Source of the DNA: Octopus vulgaris
Lineage: Eukaryota
Assembly: GCA_951406725.2 (NCBI GenBank)
Contig: OX597821.1
Location: 77,872,001 to 77,936,000, forward strand
DNA length: 64,000 nucleotides
Direction: 5' to 3'
The first letter of the stretch is position 1; each line of letters starts with the position of its first letter. Shown in pieces: positions 39,321 to 52,246 of the stretch. The position numbers were made by a program, and so were the translations under genes. The notes beneath the pieces were generated by a model. The model did no database searches. It was not told the DNA's origin and saw only the letters and a list, made by a program, of their open reading frames with translations.

Positions 39321-39704
39321 AGTGGTCTTCCTATGATGCTGACATGCAGTCTCTGTGCAAGACCCTGCCTCAATAAAGCTGGACACATGAGTCATCTTCG
39401 TAGTCATAAAGCGAGGCAGATGAGTGACAACCTGGCCACTGGTGGTGGTGTAACACACCATACTAATCATATCTGTCGTGTATGTGGAAGAGACTGTAAT
39501 TCGGCAAGAGGACTTAAACGACATGCAAAGGTACATGAAGCCCAGTTACAACTACAGCCGGCTATTACCAGTAAAGGTTTTTGTTGCCAATTCTGTACAA
39601 AGCATTGTAGATCTTTAGCTGGGCTAAAAAGTCACATTCGATCTCAGCACCAATAACAGTTAAGCTTCGTGCAATGGCCAAACTCGATAACAAGGGGGCA
39701 GCCA
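39321..39704 (+). mobile_element. 3' end of an RTE-like LINE encoding three C2H2 zinc fingers
   Basis: CSLC-x12-HLRSH, CRVC-x12-HAKVH, CQFC-x12-HIRSQH with no TGEKP linkers; stop at 39654-39656; the 41-nt 3' end is shared with 42299-42339. Confidence 0.72.
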
Positions 39705-40246
39705 AACTGTATATATATGTACGCATATATTGTTGGCATACCTCCCATCATGTTTGCTGAAACAGTTTGGCCCAATTAACGTCGACCCGGAGTAAAACAA
39801 CGACCATTACCACTATCATCACAACAACAACAACAACGACGACGACGACGAAACCGATGCCAACAACAACAGCAATAATGACAACAACAGACTGCATGGA
39901 GACATGCCAGAGAAACACGTAAACCTTCTCCATTGACACTTGACGTAATTATTTCAGCGTCAGCATGCTTTGAGACAGAGCTGGCTGTAAAGAGAGACGG
40001 AAGGTTGACAGACACACTTGCTTATACATACATACATACATACATACATACATACATACATACATACATACATACATACATACATTCATACATACATACA
40101 TATAGGTATATATATATATATACGCATACATATATATATATACACTTACATAATTATACATACATAAATACACATATACATACGCACACATACATACATA
40201 CATACATACATAAATACACACATACATACATACATACATACATACA

Positions 40247-40278
<32 letters not shown>

Positions 40279-40319
40279 CACACATATGTGCATATGTACA
40301 TGTAGACATACACATATAC

Positions 40320-40359
<40 letters not shown>

Positions 40360-40614
40360 ACACACACACTGATACAGACATACACCCATACACACAAACA
40401 TATACACGCACACATACACAGACACACACTCACACACACATAAACACGTTCACATATTCACATTCCCATATACACACTCATACACAGGCACATACACGCA
40501 CATGCGCACATGCTCTCCCTCCCTCCTTGCCTATCTCCCCCTCTCTCTTTGTGTCTCTCACTCTTTCCGCTACTCTCTCTCTCCTAGTATCCCCTTCTCT
40601 TTCTGTGTTTACAC

Positions 40615-40655
<41 letters not shown>

Positions 40656-41321
40656 GGACACATGGACACACTTGCATGTCCACCGATTTGTTTTCTGTTA
40701 CACCTCAGTCTTCATCTGTTACCTGTGACTCGCCAGTCTTTCAAACATGGCGACAAACGCGCTACTGATTTCACGATATATTATATCAGCGACATTATTC
40801 GACTCCACCCAGGATATCACTATATTCAATCTACTTCGTCCCGCCACGACCATCGCCATCACCTCTTCTTGATTCTTTCCTGACAAGCTGGACAGCATTC
40901 TTTCATGATTTGGCAGACACACCAAGTCTGTTTGAGTGTGCGTGTGCGTGTGTCTGTGTTTATGAGTGTTTGTATGTGTGTGTGTATGTACTTACATATA
41001 TACATATATGCAATCATATATATATATATGTATATACGTATGTGCATGTATGTGTGTGTGCTTATATATAAAGATCTATTTATGTATCTATCTGTGTTGT
41101 GTGTGTGTGTGTATGTATATATACATATATATGTGTGTGTGTATATATTTATATACATATATACATACATAATACATACATACACACGCACACATATTCA
41201 TACATATGCATATATATATATATATATACACATATATACATACATACATTACATAGATACATACATACATACATACACACGCACACACACATACATACAC
41301 ACACATGTATATGTATATATA

Positions 41322-41395
<74 letters not shown>

Positions 41396-41412
41396 TATAT
41401 ATATATATGTAT

Positions 41413-41700
41413 GTTCAGTCCCACTGCGTGGCACCTTGGGCAAGTGTCTTCTACTATAACCTCCAGCCGACCGAAGCTTTGTGAGTTGATTTGGTAGACG
41501 GAAACTGGAAGGAGCCCATCGTATATATATATGTGTGTGTGTGTTTGTGTGTGTATGTGTGTGTGTGTGTGTGTGTGTGTTTGTCCCCCCCCCCCTACCA
41601 TCGCTTGGCTACCGATGTTGGTGTGTTTGTGACCCCGTAATTTAGCGGTTCGGCAAGGAAACCGACTGAATAAGTACTAGGTTCGCAAAGAATAAGCCCT
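41413..41700 (+). mobile_element. SINE family A, partial
   Basis: gttcagtcccactgcgtggcaccttgggcaagtgtctt onward. Confidence 0.85.
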
Positions 41701-41790
41701 GTATGTATGTATGTATGTATGTATGTATGTATGTATGTATGTATGTATGTATGTATGTATGTATGTATGCATGTATGTATGTATGTATGT

Positions 41791-42341
41791 CAGGTCACTT
41801 TCGAGTGCTATTGGTAACATGTAATCCAGTACAACCTGTTGCATGGTCGGGTCGTCGTCGACTAAACCGGCAACCCCACCAAGCTTGCTTGGTGAGGAGG
41901 GTGTTTATTGGACACCCTGCGGGATGAAAAACAAAACCTGTCAAAGGGCGGAGGAACTCTTGAGAGTCAACGGCCATCCAATAAATGTCTTAAGGAAGTA
42001 TCATTCGCGGGGACATAGAAATAATCGGACTGAATACCCGATCGCGCGGTTAAACCATTGGGAGTGAAGGACTCCTAGCCTTTGTTAGGGCATCCTTCTA
42101 GGAGAAGGTAACTCAGGTAACTGGGATAACTCCGACATAAAACCTGCGGCTCAGTAGTTACCGATGATGTTGACTTGTTCTTCTTTTCGGATTATGACTG
42201 CTGTTGCTTAGTGAGTGGGATTAACTCAGTGCACAGCCTTTCCTCACTTTAAAAAAACTCTTCTTGCATAGGCATTGCACGATAACAACATTGATTACGC
42301 TTCGTGCAATGGCCATACTCGATAACGAGGGGGCAGCCACC
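41791..42341 (+). mobile_element. Bipartite non-autonomous RTE derivative (5' UTR plus 3' tail) inside (ATGT)n
   Basis: gggcatccttctaggagaaggtaactc (42088-42114) resembles the RTE 5'-UTR motif; tail is 39/41 identical to 39664-39704; (ATGT)n on both sides. Confidence 0.7.
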
Positions 42342-43236
42342 ATGTATGTATGTATGTATGTATGTATGTATGTATGTATGAATAAAATGTTAAAAGTAGT
42401 GTACAGTTATTGAATTTCGAAAATACCAGAATTTTGGAAAAAGAATTGTTTTATTTAGTCATTCGTTCGCTTCTGTTTTTATTCTTTGGGTCTCTATTTC
42501 AACAGACAAAACATGTCGCTCATCTGCCTGCCACAGTCACTCTCAGGGCCGTCCCATTTGGCAAGGGGATGAAGACAGGGATCTCTCCTAGGTACTCTGG
42601 CTTTATACAAAGAAGGACCTCCGGTTTGATTCCAAACCAGTTCTTCTGGGTCCAAAGCAACTGGAATAGGCCGTAGAGAAAAAATACAAGTATTAAAGTT
42701 TTGAGTAAGAAGCCTTTCGGACTATCTTCACAGATCTACATAAGATTTCTTTGATTCTGGTTTGTCTGTTGGTGGCTGAAGGCACGTGGATTAGTCGTTA
42801 GGGTACTGGGCTCACAATCATAAAATAGCGGGTTCGACTTCTAGGCCGAGTGACGTCTAGTTTTCTTGAGACATAGCACTTCAGTTCACCTTCCACTCTA
42901 CTCAGCTGCAAATGATTATACGCTAATTACTGGCGTAGTTAATTAATTACTGGTTTAGCTTCCTATTGTTTCAGCTGTTACGTTCTGGATGTTCGACTGG
43001 GTCAACAGGGTGGGTTGGGTAGCCCCGAGAGAGAGAGGGGGGGCTATGTGTGTACGTGTGTGTGTGTGTATGCGTGTGTGTGTGTGTATGTGTGCGTGTG
43101 TGTGTATGTGTGTGTGTGCATCTGTTAGCGGTTATTGTTGTTGTTGCTGTTTCTGTTGTGGTTGTTGTTGCTGCTGTAGTTGTTGTTGTCTTTGTTGCTT
43201 TTGCTGTTGTTGTTGTTGTTGTTGTGTGTGTGTGTA

Positions 43237-43291
<55 letters not shown>

Positions 43292-43506
43292 CTGTTGGCG
43301 GTTACACAGGCACCTAAAACTATTGACGAAAGCACGGTACATTTTACCAGCTGCTATTAGCTTCCGAATGGCGGCTCCGTTGATATTGCTAGAAATAGGA
43401 ACTTAAGAGTCTAATGTTAGGCAACATCAACAAAGCTCGTGATATATTATGGCTCGAAGTAGATCTTTCATCTATTTGAACACTGGACTTCATGATGATG
43501 TCAGTC

Positions 43507-43537
<31 letters not shown>

Positions 43538-43863
43538 CGGCTGTTGTCATGGTGACGGTCATATTGTTATTGCTTGACTTCATGCTAGCCGTGACCGAGA
43601 AAAGATCTATGGTTAAATACGTACCTTCCATAACAATCTATTCATCTATCCATCGATCGATCGATCGATCCATCGATCTATTCATCCATCCATTCATCCA
43701 TCCATCCATCCATCCACTCCACCATATTTTCAGAAATGGCGCATCTTGAGCCATACAATCAAATGATTTTTTTTTAAAAGACAACGGCATATAATTTAAG
43801 AGTGACTTGGTTGTTATTTCTAGCCGGTCGCACGACCATGCCGAGAAGAAATCGTGGCCCTAG

Positions 43864-43911
<48 letters not shown>

Positions 43912-44118
43912 CGACGATGATGATGATGATGATGACGATGATGATGATGACGATGACGATGATGATGATGATGACGATGATGATGATGATGATGACGATT
44001 ACGATGATGATGACGATGATGATGACGACGACGACGATAACAATGTGAAAGTGATGATGATAGTGGATGATGATGATGATGATGATAATGATGGTAATGA
44101 TGATGATGATGACGATGA
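43864..44118. repeat. (GAT/GAC)n microsatellite
   Basis: Read directly; source of the poly-D, poly-M and poly-H ORFs. Confidence 0.97.
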
Positions 44119-44654
44119 TAAAGACATAAATCATTTGCCGACAAAGCTACACAAGCAAATAAGAGCTGACAGGTATACGCGATGCAAAAGGATGATAAAC
44201 CGCTCTGCGGCACAAAGTTGCCGTTTTGTTTTGGGACACACTGAAAGGAGCGGAAGGAGATTCAGTACATCAGGATGAAGAAAGCAAACAGGAAGGAAAA
44301 TATCTCAAGAGACATATTGGCAAATAAACAAACAAACAAACAAACAAACAAACAAATAGATAAATAAATAAATAAATAAATAAATAGATCAATAATGGGA
44401 AGCACAAAAGGAAGACGAACGCAAGGAAAAGAAATTTAAGGAAAAAACAACAACAACAAAGCTAAACTAATTTTAGATTAGAGAAGGAAGAGACGTAAGC
44501 GGGCGCGCGCGCAAACATAAATACTATACCTACCTATATATACGCACGCGCACATACATTCACACATGCGTTATTGCATGTATAAACGTACACGCATACA
44601 TATATATGTATGAGCATTTATAATACATATATGTGTATGCGTGTGTGTATGTGC

Positions 44655-44691
<37 letters not shown>

Positions 44692-44781
44692 TGTTTAATA
44701 ATATGCCCACTCTACTGACAGGTATACGAGTAGATATTCTCCTGATTTACGGACTCTAATACGACTTATACACACACACAC

Positions 44782-44827
<46 letters not shown>

Positions 44828-45019
44828 GTGTATCTACATCTATATATCTGTGTGTGCATATATATATATTATTAGCTACATATACATAATGTATATTCTT
44901 TGTGTCTTTTCCGGTGGCTGCAATAGCGCGGGGGTATATATACTCTCAAACCGCTGGGTGTAAAACACCTTAAGGTCATGGACAGGCGGGATAACTCACC
45001 TTCAATCCCGTTTAGGAGT

Positions 45020-45063
45020 GATGGACAACGGGTGTTTCGCTATTTTTGTGGCTTGTCAACATC
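45020..45063 (-). ncRNA. Minimal type I hammerhead motif, UUGACAA core variant
   Basis: gaug UUGACAA GCca-caaaaa-uaGC GAAA C-acccguu-G UC cauc; perfect 4-bp helix I and G-C at the base of helix II. Confidence 0.62.
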
Positions 45064-45192
45064 TCGTACTCGCCTGGGTTGAATGGAAATCACCCAGCCA
45101 CTCCACGATCTATATACTCATGGCTTGTAAAATCATGGGTTGTTACGCCCTGATATTTCATATGTAAATTTTGGGAGCCGGACATAGTCGCC

Positions 45193-45229
<37 letters not shown>

Positions 45230-45326
45230 CACACACACACACACATACACACATGTTTTTTATGATTTTTTTAAACAGAATCGAAAGATTTTGACAGAAG
45301 ATAAAGTCTCAAAACATGGTATAGAC

Positions 45327-45483
45327 CAGTGGTTCTCAATTTGCGAAGTCTTGGTGGCCCCAAAGGTAGTACTTGGGGTTTGTGAACATGTTAAACTGAC
45401 AGACCTTTCAATATTTGGGAGTCCGTGGGAAAACTCATTTAGATAAAAGGGGTCCTTGACAGTGAAACGGTTGGGAACCACTG
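45327..45483. mobile_element. hAT Charlie/Buster MITE
   Basis: Termini CAGTGGTTCTCAA / TTGGGAACCACTG; perfect 8-bp TSD gtatagac at 45319-45326 and 45484-45491. Confidence 0.93.
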
Positions 45484-45699
45484 GTATAGACTATTAATAT
45501 ATTTAATTCGGCAGTTGCTTGATGCTGCTATTTGAAGTTTCTCACAAATTCTCAATCTATGAAACAAGATTGTTGATCTGTCTGGAACAAACAAATAAAT
45601 AAGATAAATAAATAAATAAAAATGAATAAATAAATAAGACGTTCTAATCCAAGATAGCGCCAAATGCTCATGGTTGAATTGGTTAATATATGTCATGAG

Positions 45700-45990
45700 T
45701 GGTACTCAGTCGGCCACGATGACGAAAGTTCTATTTGATCCGATTAACGGAACAGCCTGAGCTCTCCACAGACCTTCATAACCTTAACGTGGTTCTCACG
45801 AAGATTTAACGTGACACTGAATGTTATATGGCTGACCCTTTTGAATTACAAGTACCACTCATGTTTGCCTGGTGAGTGAGCTGGGATATCGTAAAATTAA
45901 ATGCTTTGTTTAAGGACACAACGCCCCGCTGGGTATCAAACTTACGATCTTACGATCTTGAGCCGAATGCCCCAACCGCTAAGCCTGACA
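45700..45990 (-). mobile_element. Diverged SINE related to family C
   Basis: gatccgattaacggaacagcctg..ctccacaga..acccttaacgt..gtgacac; similar to 62333-62642. Confidence 0.65.
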
Positions 45991-46488
45991 TCTTCATCAT
46001 TAGTCACATGAATCACGCACTAGGGCAGCTTTTCACAGCTGAAAATGTTTACAGAGAAATATGCAACAGAATACAATATTCTTAAGCGGACAGTTTGTAC
46101 TCCACTTCGCAGACAAAATCATGGTCGTGCTTTACATTTTAGTTTAAATTTTACGTTTCGAATTTGTCGGTAACCCTTGTGGTATTTGATAAAATAAGGC
46201 ACCAGTAAGGTACTGGGTTAATACAACAAACTATGGAACCGCTGCTGCACTTATGGTGGCAGTCGAATCACTGGAACTAGTATAAGAATAATGAAATAAT
46301 GTCGATGAATCTTTCGAGTATCATTCGGTAATATGATGCTCTAATTTCTTTCTTAAATTCTCTTTCAGTTGCTGACAATGGGATAAACGCAAACAAAACG
46401 AACAAACGAAGCAATTCAATGGCATTCACGTCTCTTATAATCCGACAACGGTTGTCATGCTGGAATTATTAAGACAGTAAGTTTTACC

Positions 46489-46654
46489 ATGGAGGATACA
46501 GACTCTTTTTCAGAAAGCGAAAGTTGCAAAAGCGGGAGCTGCAAAAGCGAAAGCTGCAAAAGCGGAACGACATCTATCGACGATGAGGTTCCAAGCTGCT
46601 GCAAAAAGAAACTTCCCTCAACCCTTTATTACGAATGGGTATCAAGTGACGACG
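46489..46654 (+). CDS. Candidate first coding exon of an unidentified gene (exon 46369-46654)
   Basis: ctaat branch motif, polypyrimidine tract and AG at 46367-46368; accATGG start; MEDTDSFSESESCKSGSCKSESCKSGTTSIDDEVPSCCKKKLPSTLYYEWVSSDD; donor ACG|GTATGT (phase 1). No homology recognised and no downstream exon found. Confidence 0.35.
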
Positions 46655-48239
46655 GTATGTTTCATCATATTTACCATTATCCTTAGCTTTTATTTTATTC
46701 TCAATGCTGCTTCACATGTAATTACTGGTTGCAACAGACCAGTGCCATCGATCCGAATGGTTCCTGGATTATGAATTTGGATATCGATGCACTTGGTACG
46801 TTTTGTTTTTGATCGGGACAAAGCACTTACAATATTCACCCATATATAAGTTGCATTCGTGTATAAGTCGTACCCCTTATTTTGTGTTAAATTTTCGTAC
46901 AAATTTTTATTTGTATTCACATTCAAACTTTGTCCCGTTTTTAAGTCACATCCTAGTTTTTTTCACAGAAAATCAAATACAAAATAATGCTACTTATATA
47001 CGAGTAACTACCATAGATTTTTATCCAGCTTTTCATACCTATTAAATAATTCTTTATTTCGGAATCTATTCAAGAATTCATTGACGAGAAGAAGACATTA
47101 AGTACTAACAATCATTCTGAATTTGTTTTTGTTTTTCTTTTTGTGGTTTATGCTATTCTATCAACAAATGATTCCAGTAATTCTTGAATGACTATATAGC
47201 ATATATTTATGTGACCACTCATCTTATTGCAGAGGGAACCGCACGCATTTAATGTATCTTCAGACACATTATCCAGTGTGTCATTCTCTTTTTAACACAG
47301 CAGTGAGGGAGATTTTTCTATATTTTCATTCTATTTCATTTGGTTGTCATTGCATCCCGTCTCATTCGGCTACTTTCACCAGCTCTGCGTACCTTAGGAC
47401 TAATTTTCAACGGTGTCTTTTATATGAAAATTAAGTGTGATTTGAGGAAGATTTGGTTGTTATTTCTATAAGAGCGAAATACCGTTTAGAGGCAGCATCT
47501 TTGAACAGAGATCAGATTAACAATGTTGTAGTAATAGGAGAAACAGACAGCAGCCGATAAATGTAGAGAGTATATGTGAAAGGAGTTAGAATATAATGAA
47601 TCTAATTATGGATTTTAGTTTGGGTAACGGTTTATTTGTTAAGAATAGGTTTGCGAAAAAAAAAATAACAACAATAATAAAAATGCAATACGTAAAACCT
47701 AAAGACGATATATGTATGTATTTATGTATGTATATGTGTGTGTGTGTATTATTGTATGTATGTATGTGTAAGAAGTTCCAGCGTAATTCGCCGATAGCAG
47801 AATGCTTCATGCCTATGCAAGAAATCAATATATTACCATTAGACTGTGCTATTCTATTAGATGAATGACGTCAGCAATATCTATCGTTACGTATTTGTAG
47901 AAGCCCAAATATTCACGAAGGAATCTGTAAAGAATAATAATAAAATAATAAAATAATACTCCATCTCCATGACTGTTGGTAACTAACGAAATTATACCAT
48001 TAGCACAGCAGGCAAGATGGTCATCGCACACAAAATATTTCATTAAAATCAATCCCATACTGGTTTTATGGGCTTCTTATATTTATCTCCGCCGGTCTAC
48101 GTTAAGTTACGTGGACAACAGACAAAGAAAACATCATGAGAGAATTACGCCAGATTATCAACAGAAGTAAACTTGTATACTTTAGTCGGCATATCTGGGC
48201 GAGAGAAATACAGTAGCAGTACCGGATAGTAATATTTAT

Positions 48240-48656
48240 ATGCCAACATAACGTGGCAGTCCTGTAAAGGACGATGTTACTGTTGTTTTAGCACCAGGAA
48301 AACATCTTTTCTAGCTGGCTAACGACACAGAGTCTGTGTCTGTATATAACATTTGCAAGGGAGGTCATCGCTCCCATCTCTAGCCTTACGTGATATTCAA
48401 AGTCCTAGGTTTCTGGATTTTATCCGTCCTCAGTGTGAGACAATAACCAGCTAGTGACGAAAGCTATCTCCCTGGTGATTGTCTCACACTGAGGACGGAT
48501 AACATCCAGAAACCTAGGTCTGGGAGTACCACGTGCGGCTAGAGATGCTACATACGGAGACAGATGGTGTGCCGTTAGACAGATGGAAAACATGTTTCTG
48601 TGGGACTAAAACAACAGTAACACCGTCCTTTAAAAGACTGCCACGTTATGTTGGTA
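48240..48656. mobile_element. Fold-back element with about 205-bp inverted arms and hammerhead motifs
   Basis: gccaacataacgtggcagtc...gtcctcagtgtgagacaataaccag inverted as ctggtgattgtctcacactgaggac...gactgccacgttatgttggt; ends at (TA)n. Confidence 0.85.
48482..48527 (+). ncRNA. Minimal type I hammerhead ribozyme motif
   Basis: ucucaca CUGAGGA cGGAU-aac-AUCCa GAAA CCUAGG UC ugggag; palindromic helix III. The mirror copy in the left arm has GAC in place of GUC. Confidence 0.65.
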
Positions 48657-48710
48657 TATAAACATTACTATATATATATATATACATACATACATATATA
48701 TATATGTACA

Positions 48711-48800
<90 letters not shown>

Positions 48801-48801
48801 C

Positions 48802-49078
48802 ATTTAAAGAGATTCGTTGTGTCAGGCTGGAACAATGCGTGAAGGTACAAATTAAACTACAAGGAGAAAAGAAAAGACAAAACAAAGCAACTAAGTTGCA
48901 ATTTTGCCTTGTATTTCGATATTTCAAGGCTATAACCTTTTTTTTCGGGACTTTGGATAAGCGAGGAATGGAACTCGGTAAAATTGCAATGTTGTTTTGT
49001 TTTTGTTTTCTTTTCCTTTTGAAGCTAATTTTGTACCTTCTCGCGTTGTTCCAGCCTTATACGACAAATCTCTTTAAA
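48802..49078. repeat. Fold-back element with about 105-bp inverted arms
   Basis: tttaaagagattcgttgtgtcaggctggaacaatgcgtgaaggtacaaa...ttgcaattttgcc inverted at 48978-49078. Confidence 0.85.
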
Positions 49079-49146
49079 CATCACTCAGTACTTCATTAGA
49101 ACTATTTCATTTTATGTGTGTCTGTATATATATATATATACGTATG

Positions 49147-49228
<82 letters not shown>

Positions 49229-49355
49229 CGTATATATATACGTATATATATACGTATATATATACGATATATATATATATATACGTATATATATATATAT
49301 ATATATATATACGTATATATATACGTATATATATATATACGTATGCATATATATT

Positions 49356-49542
49356 CTTTTTACTTGCTTCAGTCATTTGACTGCGGCCGTGCTGAAGCAC
49401 CGCCTTTAGTCAAGCAAATCGATACCCGGGACTTATTCTTTGTAAGCCTAGTACTTATTCTATCGTTCTCTTTTGCCGAGCCGCTAAGTTGCGGGGACGT
49501 AAATACATCAGCATCGGTTGTCAAGTGATGTTTGGGGAGACA

Positions 49543-49590
<48 letters not shown>

Positions 49591-49689
49591 CCGTCTACCA
49601 AATCCACTCACAAGGCTTTGGTTGGCCCGAGGCTATAGTAGAAGACACTTGTCCAAGGTGTCACGCAGTGGACCTGAACTCGGAACCAT
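49356..49689 (-). mobile_element. SINE family A, partial
   Basis: Colinear with 9460-9830. Confidence 0.85.
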
Positions 49690-49716
49690 ACAAATATATA
49701 CATACGTATACATACA

Positions 49717-49775
<59 letters not shown>

Positions 49776-50235
49776 GTATGTATTTGTGTGCGTGTATTTC
49801 TGTTTATGTTTACATCAGTTTAAAAAAAGCATTGTTATTCATTTTGTGTTTCTTTTTATCCGATAATGTAGAGTTTCAACAAATGTCGATCGATGAAATA
49901 AAATTACTACCATTCTGAAATAAGTATTAGAGTCAATATGATCGTGTAAAACCCTCGAAATCGGTGCTCCAGGATGGTCGCACCCTATATGCTACTCTCA
50001 ATCATCAACGCTCGTTAATTGTGGTTTCTGAAGTCTGAACATTTCAGAAGACTTGATATAGGAAGTTGATACATGCAGGTATTTACCAGAAGTATGAGAG
50101 ATGTTAATGAAATGAAAAGAAAAAAAAAATCCCAATATGCGTCACGCGGTCGACTTGTCAGGACATTAGATGAATCGAGAACAAATCTGATAGAAACTAT
50201 AATAATAATAATAATAATGATAATAATAATAACAA

Positions 50236-50568
50236 TATGCTGGATCATATATATAGTGTGCCCAGCTGACAAGGTGTGCGATAAGGAAGAAAGAAAAGTT
50301 GATAGATATGACAGGTTAGCTTGGGAGGTAAAGCAGTTGTGGTCGAGGAAAAAGGTGGTAGTGGTATTAATAATTGTCAAGCCTTGGGAACAGTGATTAA
50401 AAACCTTGAGAAGTAGATGGAACAAATAGGGGCTACAATAAGGGTGGAACACTCGCAGAAAGCAGCACTGCTTGGAACCGATCGAATATACCGGAAGATG
50501 CTCGAAAAATAAGTAGTGAAAAGCTGACACCGTAGTGCATCTCCAGCGTTAGAAGCTGTGCAAAGGCA
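50236..50568 (+). mobile_element. Short 3' fragment of the same R4/Dong-like LINE as 17369-19822
   Basis: CWIIYIVCPAD.VCDKEERKVDRYDRLAWEVKQLWS and matching 3' UTR; (AAT)n before and (CAA)(TAA)n after. Confidence 0.9.
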
Positions 50569-50861
50569 ACAACAACAACAACAATAATAATAATGATTTT
50601 TTTCTTTAATATTTCTACCAGGACCCATTCATTTACACAATAAAAACGAATAGCTAAGTAGTGTTGGAAACACAGCACATTTATATGAAAACTAAGGGTC
50701 AGAGATGGTATACAATATTTTAAGATGTTAAAAAATTTAAGCTGTTCGTTTATAAGCAGGACCGGCCTTAGGAGGTGCGGAGCCAATGGAGAACAATTTT
50801 GGTGGGCCCCAGGTACCCAGTCAACTTGCACTAAGTGCGTATATATGTGTATATGTATGTA

Positions 50862-50897
<36 letters not shown>

Positions 50898-50944
50898 TGT
50901 ATGTATGTATGTATGTATGTATGTATGTATGTATGTATGTATGT

Positions 50945-51130
50945 ATTAGGCTGTCAAGAAAGTTCTTGCGGTTTTTAACCTTTAAATTCAGATGCACACA
51001 TCTCAGCTCAAACAAAACTTTATTAATCGAAATAACACAATCAGAATCAACACACCAACGCGAAACAAGTATACTTATGCCAGTAGCGTAAAAATCCTGC
51101 ATTCTGGTGGCGATGAGGTCGTTGAAGGCG
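50945..51130 (-). mobile_element. mariner (DD34D-type) 3' end with terminal repeat
   Basis: AFNDLIATRMQDFYATGISILVSRW-CVDSD; terminus tattaggctgtcaagaaagttc. Confidence 0.75.
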
Positions 51131-51779
51131 TATATAATATACACTTAAGTGAAATAAAAAAAATTTCCCCAAAATCTAAACATACTTATAGAAACTAACA
51201 CACGCACTCATATATACATATAATTCACCCACATACATACTCTCACAGACACACAAATATTTTATCCCCAAATCCCCATAAACATTCCCAAATATTCACA
51301 TACAAACATACACTAAAAATGCTTACACTAAAAATATAATAAATTTCTTCAAATTCAGCGGTAGACCCAAGCAGTTTTGGATGAGGGTCTATCTTTTTTT
51401 GATATCTTGTGTCGCTAAAGTGTAGAAAATTTTTTTGGAAGACCATGTAGATTTTTCACTTTCTCGATTCAACTACATAATATTCGTATACAGAAGTTGC
51501 AATTTCGATTTAATTGAACCTCTTCAGTATGAAGTAATCTTAATTACATTACATTGTTTACATAACATTATGGAAGAAAGAGGGAGAGGGGGAGGGACGG
51601 AGGGACGGAGGAAAGATATATATTATAAGCATTTCACTAAGATGAAGTTCATTAGCTGCTCATAAGTTGTTCGAAAATTGCACAAATTAATCGCATAAAC
51701 CGAATAACTTGATTATATAAAAGCAAATATAATTTAAAAAGGAAATAATTTTAAGAAATAAAAAAGCAAAAAAAAAATA

Positions 51780-52246
51780 ATTCAATAGGTTAGCCTCACC
51801 CTTAAATGGGTGAGAACCTGCCAGGTAGATTAGGTCAGAGTACGCTACGACTGTGCTCATATGTAGTTGGTCGTAGTTCTGGTGTAACCAAAAGTACCAG
51901 TAAACATTTTCTGCGTTGGAGATAAACCAAAAGCGTCCAATATCGAATGGGACCATGCCAACCTTGTGTCTTTTAGTAAAAATAATCCTCGATGTTCATA
52001 CAAAGAGAACCCAGTTGTACCAGCAATTTGGTCTCTTTGAAAGTCCGATAGATCTGTCATTTTAATGAATTTTAATTACCTTTTTCTGATGATATCTGCA
52101 AAGAAACAATGATTTTAGCAAAACATATTAAGCAACACTAATAATAAATCAAAAATCATAAAAATAAACAAGTTCTTGACGGTTTTATAGACATTTCAAA
52201 ATTATGATACTATGATGCTAGGTGTTTCCATTTTGTCCAACCCTTG
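51780..52246 (-). mobile_element. Tc1-like transposon 5' fragment
   Basis: Terminus caagggttggacaaaatggaaacacc; MTDLSDFQRDQIAG resembles the Tc1 N-terminus. Confidence 0.7.

Noticed and set aside
40745-40875. aaacATGGCG start of a short ORF (MATNALLISR...)
   Set aside because: About 41 codons, no recognisable domain or splice donor; at most a regulatory motif.
43802-44278. Poly-Asp ORF resembling an acidic biomineral protein
   Set aside because: (GAT)n tract open in several frames; no signal peptide or splice support, and the upstream flank looks repeat-derived.
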